Shown here piece after piece: positions 5,344 through 5,768 of a stretch of 5,768 nt of DNA; the first letter of the stretch is position 1; every line of letters begins with the position of its first letter. Source of the stretch: a virus; the IMG/VR virus record IMGVR_UViG_3300045988_016372, positions 1 to 5,768 of that record; one strand, given 5' to 3'. The notes beneath the pieces are model-generated. The model worked only from the letters and a program-made list of their open reading frames with translations. It did no database searches and was not told the DNA's origin. A program made the position numbers and the translations under genes.

Positions 5344-5768
5344 GCATATCAAAATCAATAGGAAAGAGCACCCTAGGCGGTGGTAAATCCATACAGGTTG
5401 ACCTGAAAACCTACAATAGAAGTACACACAATCTATCATACGCATGGCGAAGTAGTATGGGTGTAGGTACACTAGTACCATGCATGAAATTAGTAGGATT
5501 ACCAGGAGATACGTTTGACATTGACATAGATACTAAAGTACTGACACATCCAACAGTAGGACCACTATTCGGTTCATACAAATTACAAATTGACATATTT
5601 ACGGCTCCATTCAGACTATACAACGCAATGTTACACAACAACGCACTAAATGTAGGTCTAGATATGAGTAAAGTCAAATTACCTAAAGTTGATGAGGAAG
5701 GTAAAGCAGTAACAATAGAAGACAGTACACACCTTACATACAGCAGCAGTAGTATAGTAGCATATCTC
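5340..5768 (+). CDS. VP1: Major capsid protein VP1, 5' portion (continues at 1-1526 through the circular junction).
   Basis: ATG 5340 overlaps the TGA (5341-5343) of the upstream 72-aa ORF (ATGA), with the A-rich leader aaaaaagataaggaATG. Translation reads MSISKSIGKSTLGGGKSIQVDLKTYNRSTHNLSYAWRSSMGVGTLVPCMKLVGLPGDTFDIDIDTKVL...SYKLQIDIFTAPFRLYNAML, the typical Microviridae jelly-roll capsid N-terminus. The frame stays open to the window end. Confidence 0.9.
   Translation, partial: MSISKSIGKSTLGGGKSIQVDLKTYNRSTHNLSYAWRSSMGVGTLVPCMKLVGLPGDTFDIDIDTKVLTHPTVGPLFGSYKLQIDIFTAPFRLYNAMLHNNALNVGLDMSKVKLPKVDEEGKAVTIEDSTHLTYSSSSIVAYL
5692..5768. repeat. Terminal redundancy: exact 77-nt duplicate of positions 1-77 (circular-genome assembly overlap). 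Unit genome = 5691 nt.
   Basis: Direct string identity of 5692-5768 with 1-77. 5691 is divisible by 3, so the VP1 frame is preserved across the junction. Confidence 0.97.

Noticed and set aside
5510-5517. Second TAnnTTTG match (tacgtttg) inside VP1
   Set aside because: It falls in the middle of the conserved LPGDTFD capsid codons, so the motif is explained by coding constraint. A promoter this far inside VP1 is unlikely.
410-5677. All minus-strand ORFs in the track (410-853, 857-1051, 1695-1904, 2280-2567, 3900-4085, 4795-5013, 5278-5481, 5411-5677)
   Set aside because: Every one lies antisense to a well-supported + strand gene. Their F/L/I/C/P-rich products are what you get by reading the complement of A-rich or Gly/Gln codon runs; for example the CCCPV repeats are the antisense of the QSTGQQ array, and the P-rich ORF is the antisense of the VP2 poly-Gly. 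Microviridae genomes are transcribed from one strand only.

Overview
The window is a complete, circularly permuted ssDNA phage genome of the family Microviridae, of the gokushovirus / Bacteroidetes-associated 'alpavirus-like' kind. The unit length is 5691 nt, because positions 5692-5768 repeat positions 1-77 exactly, so the contig is a circle linearised with a 77-nt overlap. All credible genes lie on the + strand. In order they are: the major capsid protein VP1 (625 aa, split across the junction: 5340-5768 continuing into 1-1526); a 118-aa protein with a C-terminal (QSTGQQ)n tandem repeat (position and size suggest a scaffold-like protein, function uncertain); the VP2 minor capsid / DNA-pilot protein (348 aa, glycine-zipper N-terminus, conserved WDYTNYENQKKHLEAAGLNPALLYG block, long coiled coil); and the VP4 rolling-circle replication initiator (about 310 aa, Cys-cluster N-terminus, FWTLTI / HLHG / YVVKY HUH motifs). 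VP4 ends in a canonical stem-plus-T7 terminator. About 1.3 kb of accessory/control DNA lies between VP4 and VP1. It holds a very AT-rich (about 19% GC) segment packed with three families of short direct repeats plus a 10-bp inverted repeat (origin/iteron-like). It then holds an abrupt 270-nt GC-rich (about 53% GC), hairpin-dense non-coding island at 4291-4560, which I propose as a candidate complementary-strand origin or novel structured RNA. Three small ORFs follow (105, 70 and 72 aa); the last two are chained to VP1 by ATGA start/stop overlaps. The 70-aa ORF has a signal-peptide / lipoprotein-like N-terminus, which makes it a candidate lysis or exclusion protein. Minus-strand ORFs are antisense artefacts of the A-rich coding strand. 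A-rich, SD-poor leaders and a TAnnTTTG motif hint at a Bacteroidetes host; this is inference only.
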